From: a virus | Lineage: Duplodnaviria; Caudoviricetes | Strand: one strand, 5' to 3' | Length of the DNA stretch: 64,000 nucleotides | IMG/VR virus record: IMGVR_UViG_3300027754_000035 | Part shown: piece after piece, positions 19,041 to 27,817 of the stretch | How positions within the stretch are numbered: position 1 is the first letter of the stretch | Layout: each line of letters starts with the position of its first letter | Translations under genes and position numbers: made by a program | Notes under the pieces: generated by a model | The model's input: the letters and a program-made list of their open reading frames with translations, nothing else | What the model was told of the DNA's origin: nothing | Databases searched by the model: none

Positions 19041-19712
19041 ATGACAGCATATCAATTGTGTTTTGATTTTCGTTTGCCAGAGCAGCAAAAACAAGAAAAC
19101 TTTACAACCCAACCCAGCGTATTGGCGACGCCTAGTGATGACACGGATTATACATGGTATCAAGTTAGTAAATTGTGGGACACAGTATTGGATAAAATTC
19201 CCTACGGTTGGCGAATACACTCCAAATTTTGTGATGCTCGTATGAACATCAAAGCAACATATCAGCGTTTGAGATATGGTGTTTGTGATCGTGACTGTTG
19301 GAGTCTACCAAACACATTCAGTGAGTATATACTGCGACATCTAAAGCATTTCAAAAAAATGAATCGTTATGGTGTTCCCTCACGATTGTGTGGTGATATG
19401 GATAACATCCAAGGATTGATGGACAGAGACTATACCGAACTTGGTAGCAAACGCTGGGAACAAATACTAGACGAAATTATTTGGGCGTTTGAGTATATGT
19501 GTGACGAGGATAAATTTAATCCGATGCCCGATGAATTGTTGTGTTCAAATCGTAAACCAGGTCAAGATATTTGTAATTGGATTGGTCGGGAAAAATCAGA
19601 TCGGGAGAAAATGTTGTGGAATGATTATTTCAGCAAGTCTGAAGAATTAAACAAACGCAAACAAAAAGGATTGTTGTTATTTGCCGAATATTACGATGAT
19701 TTGTGGGACTGA
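19041..19712 (+). CDS. Conserved phage hypothetical protein
   Basis: WEQILDEIIWAFE...GLLLFAEYYDDLWD motif. Confidence 0.7.
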   Translation: MTAYQLCFDFRLPEQQKQENFTTQPSVLATPSDDTDYTWYQVSKLWDTVLDKIPYGWRIHSKFCDARMNIKATYQRLRYGVCDRDCWSLPNTFSEYILRHLKHFKKMNRYGVPSRLCGDMDNIQGLMDRDYTELGSKRWEQILDEIIWAFEYMCDEDKFNPMPDELLCSNRKPGQDICNWIGREKSDREKMLWNDYFSKSEELNKRKQKGLLLFAEYYDDLWD

Positions 19713-19746
19713 ATAATATCATTAATTTACATCTAGCAACTAACAT

Positions 19747-19779
19747 AAAAAAACTCTGATGAACAGTCAGAGTTTTTTT
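19747..19779. terminator. Bidirectional Rho-independent terminator
   Basis: AAAAAAACTCTGA-tgaacag-TCAGAGTTTTTTT. Confidence 0.8.
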
Positions 19780-19814
19780 GTTTATGATATAATCGTTGAT
19801 ATTTATATCATCGT

Positions 19815-20462
19815 ATGGACTTAACTAATTCTGTCGAGTATGTTGAAAAATTAAGTAGAATGGGGCATTCTAACTGGCAAAATACATATGATTATTTTCA
19901 AATCATTATTGCTGCATCGGCAGCAATCGGGATCGTATACAAGATCTCAGAATTTGTTATCAAGAAGATCAAGAAAGAATACGATAACTTGACCAAGGTT
20001 CATACCATGATTGAAACCATATATTCAGAGATTACACCCAATCATGGTAGCAGCATCAAAGATAAAGTATTGGCAATAGAGTCTAAGTTGGAAGAAAATA
20101 CTAAGATGACCAAACAGATTAGTCATCGCCAACGTTGGATCTTGGATAATAGGGAGGAACCAATTTTTGAATCAGATCCGCTTGGTAATTGTACATGGGT
20201 CAATGATAAATATTGTAGATTAAGTGGTCACGACATCGGTTTCTTTTTGGGTAATGGTTGGCGCAACATTGTTCACGAAGATGATCGTGAACGAATTGTG
20301 AGCGAGTGGAACAGTGCTATAACTGATAAACGTGATTCACATATATCATTTAGATTGGTTACCCGAGACGGAAAAGTGTACAATGTACATTCAATAGCAA
20401 TCCGTAATGCTGAATCTGGTTATATTGGTAATATTGATATTGAACAAAATAATACACCTTGA
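19815..20462 (+). CDS. Single-TM, coiled-coil, PAS/PAC domain protein
   Basis: TM IIIAASAAIGIVY; IFESDPLGNCTWVNDKYCRLSG...GNGWRNIVHEDDRER. Confidence 0.8.
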   Translation: MDLTNSVEYVEKLSRMGHSNWQNTYDYFQIIIAASAAIGIVYKISEFVIKKIKKEYDNLTKVHTMIETIYSEITPNHGSSIKDKVLAIESKLEENTKMTKQISHRQRWILDNREEPIFESDPLGNCTWVNDKYCRLSGHDIGFFLGNGWRNIVHEDDRERIVSEWNSAITDKRDSHISFRLVTRDGKVYNVHSIAIRNAESGYIGNIDIEQNNTP

Positions 20463-20486
20463 CAGTCTGAGATTGTGTGTTATAGT
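20459..20486 (+). promoter_or_regulatory. Sigma70-like promoter with extended -10, 16-nt spacer
   Basis: TTGACA-N16(TGn)-TATAGT. Confidence 0.7.
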
Positions 20487-20494
20487 ATTTATGG

Positions 20495-20989
20495 ATGACC
20501 AAATACGAAGAACACATTTCCGACCTTTGCGATCTACATAAAATAAAGGTACAACATAGTAAGAGTAAGCCCATGGCTAATTTGTTGAATAAAAGTGTGT
20601 ATATAAATAAAGATATTCGATCCATTAAAACTTATTTTTCCGCATTGCATGAGATTGGTCATGTTCTCAACGAATCACATTTGATATTTCAAAATGTTAA
20701 TCGACTTTTGTGGAATCAAAACCGTGGTAAAAATTGTGTTTTTGTTAGCAAATACCGAATGCAAACTGAGACTGATGCATGGAAACGTGCGTTTGATCTT
20801 GCACAGTGGACCAATTTTGTTGCCGATAAAGAAACTGTTGTGTCATTACTAACATACGTTTATGGTTACAACGAATCACACAGAATTCCATACAAGGGCA
20901 TTGACAATAAAATGATAGCATCGGTTATGCGAGGCGGCAGCAACGATATTGACACAGTTTTATCACTCAAACACACATTATTTTCATGA
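20495..20989 (+). CDS. HEXXH metallopeptidase-like protein
   Basis: FSALHEIGH...ETDAW. Confidence 0.6.
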   Translation: MTKYEEHISDLCDLHKIKVQHSKSKPMANLLNKSVYINKDIRSIKTYFSALHEIGHVLNESHLIFQNVNRLLWNQNRGKNCVFVSKYRMQTETDAWKRAFDLAQWTNFVADKETVVSLLTYVYGYNESHRIPYKGIDNKMIASVMRGGSNDIDTVLSLKHTLFS

Positions 20990-21507
20990 ATTTCGACACC
21001 TATATTCCACCAGACTGGAACGAGTGGTTTTTACAAGGAGTTTATTGGGTAGCAAGCAAAAGCAAAGATCCCAAGACGAAAATTGGTGCAATCATCGTAA
21101 AAGACAAACGCATCATTTCCACTGGATATAATGGTATGCCGATAGGTGTAGACGATGGCATGGCGTGGCGACACGAACGTCCAGAAAAATACAAATGGTA
21201 CGAACACGGCGAGCGTAATGCCATTTACAGTGCCGCAAAATATGGTATTAGCACCGAAAACGCAACTTTATACACCAACGCCATGCCATGTGCAGATTGT
21301 GCCAGGGGTGTAATTCAGTCGGGTATAAAACATGTGTATATTCACAAGCAGTTTACTGACCTAACACACTCCATTGTGCGTGATCAATGGAAAGGACATC
21401 ATATTGCTACAACATCTATGCTCAATGAGGCTGGGGTGGAATTTTTCGAAGTAGATGCAACTTTGGGATGCAAAGCATACTTTGATGGTAAAGTCTTTGA
21501 TATATAA
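20986..21507 (+). CDS. dCMP deaminase
   Basis: SKDPKTKIGA, TGYNG, HGERNAI, PCADC. Confidence 0.9.
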   Translation: MNFDTYIPPDWNEWFLQGVYWVASKSKDPKTKIGAIIVKDKRIISTGYNGMPIGVDDGMAWRHERPEKYKWYEHGERNAIYSAAKYGISTENATLYTNAMPCADCARGVIQSGIKHVYIHKQFTDLTHSIVRDQWKGHHIATTSMLNEAGVEFFEVDATLGCKAYFDGKVFDI

Positions 21508-21512
21508 CACAT

Positions 21513-21779
21513 ATGGATTACAAACCAAAGTTACATTTTACGTGGTCGTGCATTCAACTAAATTTTGAAAAATCATGGTACAACTATTTCAGCGTTAACC
21601 TATTTGTTCCTTATTTTGAAGCAGGTAAGTTTATAGAGTTGGGAGATTCAGAAAAAACTACTAATTATTCGTTTAATGCTCCAACAACAGTTTCATTTGT
21701 TTCAACACACGCATATTGGGGTATCAAAACACAGCTATTGGGTTTTGGTATAGGATTTTTGCGACAAAACGGTTATTAA
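21513..21779 (+). CDS. Hypothetical protein
   Basis: ORF track. Confidence 0.5.
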   Translation: MDYKPKLHFTWSCIQLNFEKSWYNYFSVNLFVPYFEAGKFIELGDSEKTTNYSFNAPTTVSFVSTHAYWGIKTQLLGFGIGFLRQNGY

Positions 21780-22153
21780 TAGTGATTTCGCACAGCATCA
21801 AAAAATTTGGTGTTGATGTTACCGGTTCGGTACACCGTGATTTCTTTGTCTTTTAAGTGCATGTATTTCTTTGCACGATTATACAGCGTTGTACCTATAC
21901 CAAGCCGTCGATACGATTTCTTGACATACACCATGAACTGCCATTTGGCTTTTTTATCAAGTTTGATGATTGCCCATGCCACCACGACACCTCTCTCTTT
22001 TGCTAAAAATACACAATTACGTGGTGGTTTATCTGGGTGACAACATTCCACATACACATTGTAAATGGCACCACTACTCACCAGTTTTGCGCACGATTTT
22101 TCCTCTGCTAGTAGCAGATCCTTTGCTAATTTGGAATAAATCCTAATTGGCAC
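21776..22153 (-). CDS. GNAT acetyltransferase
   Basis: VYVKKSYRRLGIGTTLY acetyl-CoA motif. Confidence 0.72.
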   Translation of the reverse strand: MPIRIYSKLAKDLLLAEEKSCAKLVSSGAIYNVYVECCHPDKPPRNCVFLAKERGVVVAWAIIKLDKKAKWQFMVYVKKSYRRLGIGTTLYNRAKKYMHLKDKEITVYRTGNINTKFFDAVRNHY

Positions 22154-22156
22154 ATA

Positions 22157-23110
22157 TTATAAATATGATCTAATAGTTGCATCCAAAGCATCATTCCACG
22201 GAGTTAACTTAAATGTTGGAAACTCTAATTCAAAGTCTTTGGTGTCAATAGCATATCGTAAATCGTGACCTTTACGATCTTCAACATATTGAAACCAATT
22301 TTCGTTTACCTTTGTATTGGTAATATTTTCGTATGTCGATTTGAGACAATGAATCAAATCATAATTGGTTAGTTCCATATTACCACCAATCAAGTATTGT
22401 TTTCCAGATGTACCTTCCAGCAATACTTTTATCAATGCATTAACATGATCTTTTACGTAAATCCAATCTCTTATGTTCTGACCTGTACCATACAAAGGTA
22501 TTGGTTGATTATTCTTGAGACGTTGTATACACAACGGTATCATTTTTTCGGGAAACTGTCTTGGTCCAAAATTGTTGCTGCAATTGGTTATCACAGCTGG
22601 TAGTTTGTGAGTTTGCACATAACTACGCACCAACAAGTCACTGGCAGCTTTACTTGCTGCATATGGACTGTTGGGTCTATATGGACTATCCACACTGAAT
22701 GCCAGTTCTTTGTCGTTCAACGTACCATATACTTCGTCGGTCGAAACGTGTACAAATTTTCTGATGAGTTGCCGTGCGGATTTTATTGCCTCCAGAAGTT
22801 TGTGAGTGCCAACAATATTTGTATAAATGAACGGTGCTGAATCGTTTATACTGTTATCAACGTGACTTTCAGCAGCAAAGTGAACAATGTGATTGATAGA
22901 GTATGAATCAATAATTTTTTCTAATCGATCTTTACTGATATCCAGTTGCCAATGAATATAGCGAGGATCTTTTTCAAAACTTAAATTTCGATTGGCTGCA
23001 TATGTCATGGAATCGATATTGACCACGGTTTCAACATCGTTGCGTTTCAAAATTTCTTCTATGAAATGTGAACCTATAAATCCACAACCACCTGTTACTA
23101 GTAATCTCAT
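22157..23110 (-). CDS. rmlB: dTDP-glucose 4,6-dehydratase
   Basis: VTGGCGFIGS, HFAAESHVDNSI, VSTDEVYG, SPYAASK, NCSNNFGP.QFPEK, RKGHDLRYA. Confidence 0.95.
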   Translation of the reverse strand: MRLLVTGGCGFIGSHFIEEILKRNDVETVVNIDSMTYAANRNLSFEKDPRYIHWQLDISKDRLEKIIDSYSINHIVHFAAESHVDNSINDSAPFIYTNIVGTHKLLEAIKSARQLIRKFVHVSTDEVYGTLNDKELAFSVDSPYRPNSPYAASKAASDLLVRSYVQTHKLPAVITNCSNNFGPRQFPEKMIPLCIQRLKNNQPIPLYGTGQNIRDWIYVKDHVNALIKVLLEGTSGKQYLIGGNMELTNYDLIHCLKSTYENITNTKVNENWFQYVEDRKGHDLRYAIDTKDFELEFPTFKLTPWNDALDATIRSYL

Positions 23111-23976
23111 GTGGTTGTCCAATTCGTTAAACATTGATCTATAGCTTCATTTACACTTCGCATTTTGATGCCCGTGGCTAGTAGTTTGCTGTTGTCCATC
23201 ACACAATTGCTGCGTGGGGTTTTGGCAAAGTGCTGATACAGTTCGGCCTCGTCAATCAATTCAAATTTGTGATCTTTGGCAATGGTCTGTTGCAACTTCT
23301 TGACCAATGCGTCGGTGGTGATGTAGCCAGTGTTGGTCACGTTATAGATACCATATGGAACTTTCTTGTTGATGGTAGCAATACATGCCGATACAAACTC
23401 TTGTTTGTTTGAAATGCTATTTTCTGCTTGCAACAACTTCGGATATCGCAACATCTTGCTGATATAGTTTCGTGGACCATCGTTGTGGTCAAATGGAATT
23501 CTCAATCGCCAAATATAGCTCTTTTCCCACTTAGCCACAATTTTTTCCGCCATTGCTTTGGTGCCACTATAGAAACTACAATTGTTTTGTGTCCAACTAA
23601 AGTTTGGTACATCTTCTTCTGTGAATCCACTACCATCTGGTTTTTTACCAGCGTAAATACAACCACTGCTAACATGCCCCAATGGAATATCATTGAGGAT
23701 GCACCAATCAGTCAATATTGTGGGCCATACAATGTTGCCGTGTACAGCGGATTCTTTATCGAGTTCACAAGCATCCACATTGGGTTTGCCCGTGTATCCC
23801 GCCACGTTGATTGCTGCGTCAATAATTGGATAGCCTACACTTTCATACCACTTTTCCAAGTCAGCAAATGTGGTTTTGTGTGTATCAGGCCAGAAGAAGG
23901 CAAGAGTGCCAGCGTCTTTTAGTTGTTGTGCGAATTCGCTACCGATATAGCCGTTTGCACCGAATAATATAATCAT
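23107..23976 (-). CDS. NDP-4-keto-6-deoxyglucose 3,5-epimerase/4-reductase (UER1 / Mimivirus L780-type, RmlD superfamily)
   Basis: GYTGKPNVDACE, SSGCIY, EEDVPNF, SFYSGTK, RLRIP, PRNYISK, YNVTNTG match the plant UER1 pattern. Confidence 0.8.
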   Translation of the reverse strand: MIILFGANGYIGSEFAQQLKDAGTLAFFWPDTHKTTFADLEKWYESVGYPIIDAAINVAGYTGKPNVDACELDKESAVHGNIVWPTILTDWCILNDIPLGHVSSGCIYAGKKPDGSGFTEEDVPNFSWTQNNCSFYSGTKAMAEKIVAKWEKSYIWRLRIPFDHNDGPRNYISKMLRYPKLLQAENSISNKQEFVSACIATINKKVPYGIYNVTNTGYITTDALVKKLQQTIAKDHKFELIDEAELYQHFAKTPRSNCVMDNSKLLATGIKMRSVNEAIDQCLTNWTTT

Positions 23977-24818
23977 AGTATTAAATTTTGTAGATACGTT
24001 TTGTACTCACTTTTTGGTAAACTTTCAATTCTTTTTTGCAGCAGTTCATTGCTCATGAATCCTTTTCTGAGGCATTCTTCTTCAATACACCCCACTTTTA
24101 TGCCTTGCCTTTCTTGCACAGTTTGAATATATGCACCACTCTGATACAATGTTTCTGGCGTTCCAGCATCTAGCCAAGCAGTTCCTCTTGGAAACTTGAT
24201 GACATTGAGTTTCTTTTGTTGTAGGTATACGTTGTTGAGGTCTGTTATTTCCAGTTCTCCACGGGTGGATGGTTTGAGTTGACTTGCGTATTTCACGACA
24301 TTGTTGTCATAAAAATAAAGACCCGGCACAGCATATTTGCTTTTGGGCATTGATGGTTTTTCTTGGATGCTGATTGCGCACCCATCGGCATCAAACTCCA
24401 CAACTCCGTATGCACTGGGGTCGTTGACGTGGTAAGCGAAAATAACAGCACCATCCAGTACAGGTTTCATGTTGGCCATACCATGAAAGATGTTGTCGCC
24501 CAGAATCAACCCTACACTGTCATTTGCAATAAAGTCTTGAGCGATTAAAAATGCTTCGGCGATACCTCTGGGTTTGTATTGTATTTCGTATTTTATACTC
24601 AACCCAAACGCACTACCATCACCAAACAACTTTTCATATTTACCAATATCTTCTGGTGTACTGATGATACAAATCTCTCTGATACCGCACGTAATCAATG
24701 TGCTCAGAGGATAGTAAATCATTGGCTTATCGTACACAGGCAACAACTGTTTGTTGACGGTTTGTGTCAGTGGATATAAACGTGATCCTGTGCCGCCTGA
24801 TAGAATGATTCCTTTCAT
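23973..24818 (-). CDS. rmlA: Glucose-1-phosphate thymidylyltransferase
   Basis: GIILSGGTGSRLYPLT...KQLLPVYDKPMIYYPLS, LILGDNIF, RGELEITD, WLDAGT. Confidence 0.95.
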   Translation of the reverse strand: MKGIILSGGTGSRLYPLTQTVNKQLLPVYDKPMIYYPLSTLITCGIREICIISTPEDIGKYEKLFGDGSAFGLSIKYEIQYKPRGIAEAFLIAQDFIANDSVGLILGDNIFHGMANMKPVLDGAVIFAYHVNDPSAYGVVEFDADGCAISIQEKPSMPKSKYAVPGLYFYDNNVVKYASQLKPSTRGELEITDLNNVYLQQKKLNVIKFPRGTAWLDAGTPETLYQSGAYIQTVQERQGIKVGCIEEECLRKGFMSNELLQKRIESLPKSEYKTYLQNLIL

Positions 24819-24884
24819 AACTCTTTACTAATACATATCGGTTTATTATTACCGTTAGATTATTATAATTAGCTATATAAACGT

Positions 24885-25850
24885 GTGAATATTGAATATA
24901 TAGCACAGTATGGTACCAGTGGATATGCCACAGCGGCCAAAGGCAACATACTGTATTTGTCTAATCATGGACACAACGTGTGTTTTGCTCCGCTCAAGTT
25001 TGACGATTCCAATATTGATCAGAATTGTGAAGTGGATAAACTGGTTTGTGGTAAAATGAAACCTCTGAATAGTTATGATACCCAAATTTATCATACACTA
25101 CCCAATCTCTGGCCGTTGATAAAAAGTAAAGTTAAAAAAGACTACTACACCAAACAAATCGGATATTGTACTTGGGAAACTAAAAAACTACCTATGGGTT
25201 GGGCTGCTGAAATCAACAAGATGGATGAGTTGTGGGTACCCAGCACATTCAATCAAACATCATTTGTTGATTGTGGTGTGAACATACCAATACAGGTATT
25301 TCCTCACATATTTTTTGATCAAAAATTGAAGACTCGAAGTGATGTTGTGTTGTATGATTATCGCAACAGAATAATACCCAATAACGTATACACATTCTAT
25401 TGTGTGGCTGAGTTGGTTGATAGAAAAGGTGTGATTGATTTGTTGGAAACATACACACATTTCAATACCAAATACAGCCGGTGTCAATTGTTGCTCAAAC
25501 TACATCACAAAAATTATTCATCGGAAAATATTAAGTTGGTACAAGACACCATATCCAAATATGGTGATAGTGTGTACTTAATCAGTAAAAATGTGACTAA
25601 CCAAGAACTATTGGACATTCATAGCTTGGGTGATTGTTATATCAGCTTACATAGAGGCGAAGGATTTGGACTGAGCTTATACGATGCTGCGAACTATGGC
25701 AAAAAAATAATTGCTACCAACTATGGTGGACCAGTTGATTATTTGAATGAGACTCACCACACAATTCCATATGTTATTTCAGGTGATTGGGCCTATCCAG
25801 ATCTAGGAAAAGTAGCAGAGTCCATGGAAATTTTATTTTGGTGTAATTGA
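24885..25850 (+). CDS. GT4 (GT-B) glycosyltransferase
   Basis: SGYATAA, WETKKLP..W, DELWVPS, RKGVIDL, HRGEGFGLSLYDAA. Confidence 0.85.
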   Translation: MNIEYIAQYGTSGYATAAKGNILYLSNHGHNVCFAPLKFDDSNIDQNCEVDKLVCGKMKPLNSYDTQIYHTLPNLWPLIKSKVKKDYYTKQIGYCTWETKKLPMGWAAEINKMDELWVPSTFNQTSFVDCGVNIPIQVFPHIFFDQKLKTRSDVVLYDYRNRIIPNNVYTFYCVAELVDRKGVIDLLETYTHFNTKYSRCQLLLKLHHKNYSSENIKLVQDTISKYGDSVYLISKNVTNQELLDIHSLGDCYISLHRGEGFGLSLYDAANYGKKIIATNYGGPVDYLNETHHTIPYVISGDWAYPDLGKVAESMEILFWCN

Positions 25851-25859
25851 AAAGATTGC

Positions 25860-25887
25860 TTGACAACTGCGCCAGTGAGGCTATGAT
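25860..25887 (+). promoter_or_regulatory. Sigma70-like promoter, 16-nt spacer
   Basis: TTGACA-N16-TATGAT, ATG at 25894. Confidence 0.7.
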
Positions 25888-25893
25888 GTTAAT

Positions 25894-26109
25894 ATGAACG
25901 AAACTGTTGATACAATTGATGCCACAAACATCAGTGAGTTTGAGAGAAACAAACCAGTAGTTACAATGAAGAAACTCAACGATCTATTGGTTAGAATTGA
26001 CGAAGAAAGAATCAAAACCGAGATTCTTTACAAGGACAGAGTTAGAAGCCTTGACGAGATCAAGAATTTACTGTATAGTGTGAAAGATAGCTTCAAGAAA
26101 GGCGAATAA
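25894..26109 (+). CDS. Hypothetical protein
   Basis: Directly after the promoter. Confidence 0.55.
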   Translation: MNETVDTIDATNISEFERNKPVVTMKKLNDLLVRIDEERIKTEILYKDRVRSLDEIKNLLYSVKDSFKKGE

Positions 26110-26111
26110 AA

Positions 26112-26354
26112 ATGAAAAACAAGAACAAACTAGATAACGCAACAATTATCACTCGCAAGCATCCAGTTCTAAATTTTGGCCAAAACGGCGTAATACTTGG
26201 ATTCAATGAATTCAGCGATGAAGTAGTATTCAAGGCTCATGGCGACTCCAAAAAGTACAATTTGCATTATAAGCAAATCTGGCCCTACACCCAGGCTTAC
26301 AATTACGAAGATCGCAACAAAGCACTAGATTTTTTAGTTAAAAACAACCTATGA
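26112..26354 (+). CDS. Hypothetical protein
   Basis: Operon packing. Confidence 0.55.
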   Translation: MKNKNKLDNATIITRKHPVLNFGQNGVILGFNEFSDEVVFKAHGDSKKYNLHYKQIWPYTQAYNYEDRNKALDFLVKNNL

Positions 26355-26857
26355 ATAACAATACCATCACCAGATCCGCCATTCATTTGTACGCACACGC
26401 ACTGCGACAAAACCGAGCCACAATTATAGATGAATATACCCACCTTCTCGAAACTGAGTTGGGTAGAATGTTTCCTGCTCTTAAAGAAAAGAGTGAGGAT
26501 GGAGTCCAAGATTGGGCATGTGATATACTCAATTGTGATTCCAAACAAGAAGTTGATGCCACACTGGATCGCATCAACGATATATTGACGCAACAAGCCA
26601 AAAATGGATGGGTGTGTGCGTTTTGTGGCAAAAATACATACGACATGGACTCAGATTATCTTTTTGGTACAAATCACATTAATTGCGCTTTGGAAGAAGA
26701 TATCAAGAACAGAGCACATTCAGATCCTGATTATGTTCTTGATCCTCGCCGCAGAAAACTCTGTGAATTGGAAAAACAAATCGCAGAGTTGCAGAATACT
26801 CTGAATAATATCAAAGCCGAACATCACGAACCATATCATCACGAACCAACAAATTAA
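26351..26857 (+). CDS. Hypothetical protein
   Basis: Operon packing. Confidence 0.6.
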   Translation: MNNNTITRSAIHLYAHALRQNRATIIDEYTHLLETELGRMFPALKEKSEDGVQDWACDILNCDSKQEVDATLDRINDILTQQAKNGWVCAFCGKNTYDMDSDYLFGTNHINCALEEDIKNRAHSDPDYVLDPRRRKLCELEKQIAELQNTLNNIKAEHHEPYHHEPTN

Positions 26858-27222
26858 TGTTGCACATGCTCGGCAAACACAAACCGTTTCGTGCTGCATT
26901 ACATAAGCGTAATGATCCCAAATCTAGGAAAGTCGTCAAAGAATATCTCAAAAAAACGATGTATTATTGTTATATTCTAAAATGTAGTGATAATACGCTA
27001 TATTGCGGCTATACTAACAATATAGAAAAGCGTGTTTGTGTACATAATTCTGGTAAAGGTGCCAAATATACACAAAAAAGATTGCCGGTTCAATTGGTAT
27101 ATAATGAAGAATTTTTGACCAAATCTGACGCAATGAAGCGGGAATATCAGATTAAACAACTGACCCGAGAACAAAAGATACAGTTGATAAAAAATGGACA
27201 CAATACCAAATCTACCAATTAA
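26857..27222 (+). CDS. GIY-YIG nuclease (UPF0213-like)
   Basis: YCYILKCSDNTLYCGYTNNIEKR...HNSGKGAKYT; alternative start 26959. Confidence 0.85.
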   Translation: MLHMLGKHKPFRAALHKRNDPKSRKVVKEYLKKTMYYCYILKCSDNTLYCGYTNNIEKRVCVHNSGKGAKYTQKRLPVQLVYNEEFLTKSDAMKREYQIKQLTREQKIQLIKNGHNTKSTN

Positions 27223-27451
27223 ACGTTGGGTATTCGGACTACACACAGTTGGATTAACCACCGGCTCCGAATGGCTATATTTTTGTAGTGTTCATAGTTT
27301 TGACACACGCAATGAAGCTGTACACTATTTACAAAATAATCGTGACTGGTGCGATCCAGATGCACACCCACACAGTGGTATATGTGAACTCAGCGACGAA
27401 GAATTGATATTTTACAACGATTACTACACATCTTATGAACCTACTAGATAA
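27194..27451 (+). CDS. Hypothetical protein
   Basis: ORF track. Confidence 0.45.
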   Translation: MDTIPNLPIKRWVFGLHTVGLTTGSEWLYFCSVHSFDTRNEAVHYLQNNRDWCDPDAHPHSGICELSDEELIFYNDYYTSYEPTR

Positions 27452-27520
27452 AATTAAAGACAACTTTGTGAGTGCAGATATTACTGAGTTTTTTTCTAAC
27501 TAACTACTTATGTATATAAT

Positions 27521-27799
27521 ATGAGTGGCAACAAACCCGACAAAAAAGTAACGGAACAATCAGAGCTTATTGCAACCCGCATACCCCCTGGAGATAGATG
27601 GACTCTCAAAAGTGATAGTCGCAAGATTATTCACAATAGTCTCACCGAGGTGTTGGAAGCATTCTATACAGAAACTCACTTCAAAGGCGACTATAGATTG
27701 TCGCCCGTGGGTAGTAAATTATACACTATTAAGTCGGTAGAAGAAGAAATTGTACCTGAGCCTCTCAAGACATTCAATATTTATGGTGATCCTGTATAG
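27521..27799 (+). CDS. Hypothetical protein
   Basis: ORF track, AT-rich leader. Confidence 0.6.
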   Translation: MSGNKPDKKVTEQSELIATRIPPGDRWTLKSDSRKIIHNSLTEVLEAFYTETHFKGDYRLSPVGSKLYTIKSVEEEIVPEPLKTFNIYGDPV

Positions 27800-27817
27800 T
27801 GCCCTCTATTTATAGGC

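Noticed and set aside
22157-24818. Incomplete rml operon because rmlC is missing
   Set aside because: The middle gene matches the bifunctional UER1/L780 type, which would supply epimerase activity (rmlC elsewhere cannot be excluded)
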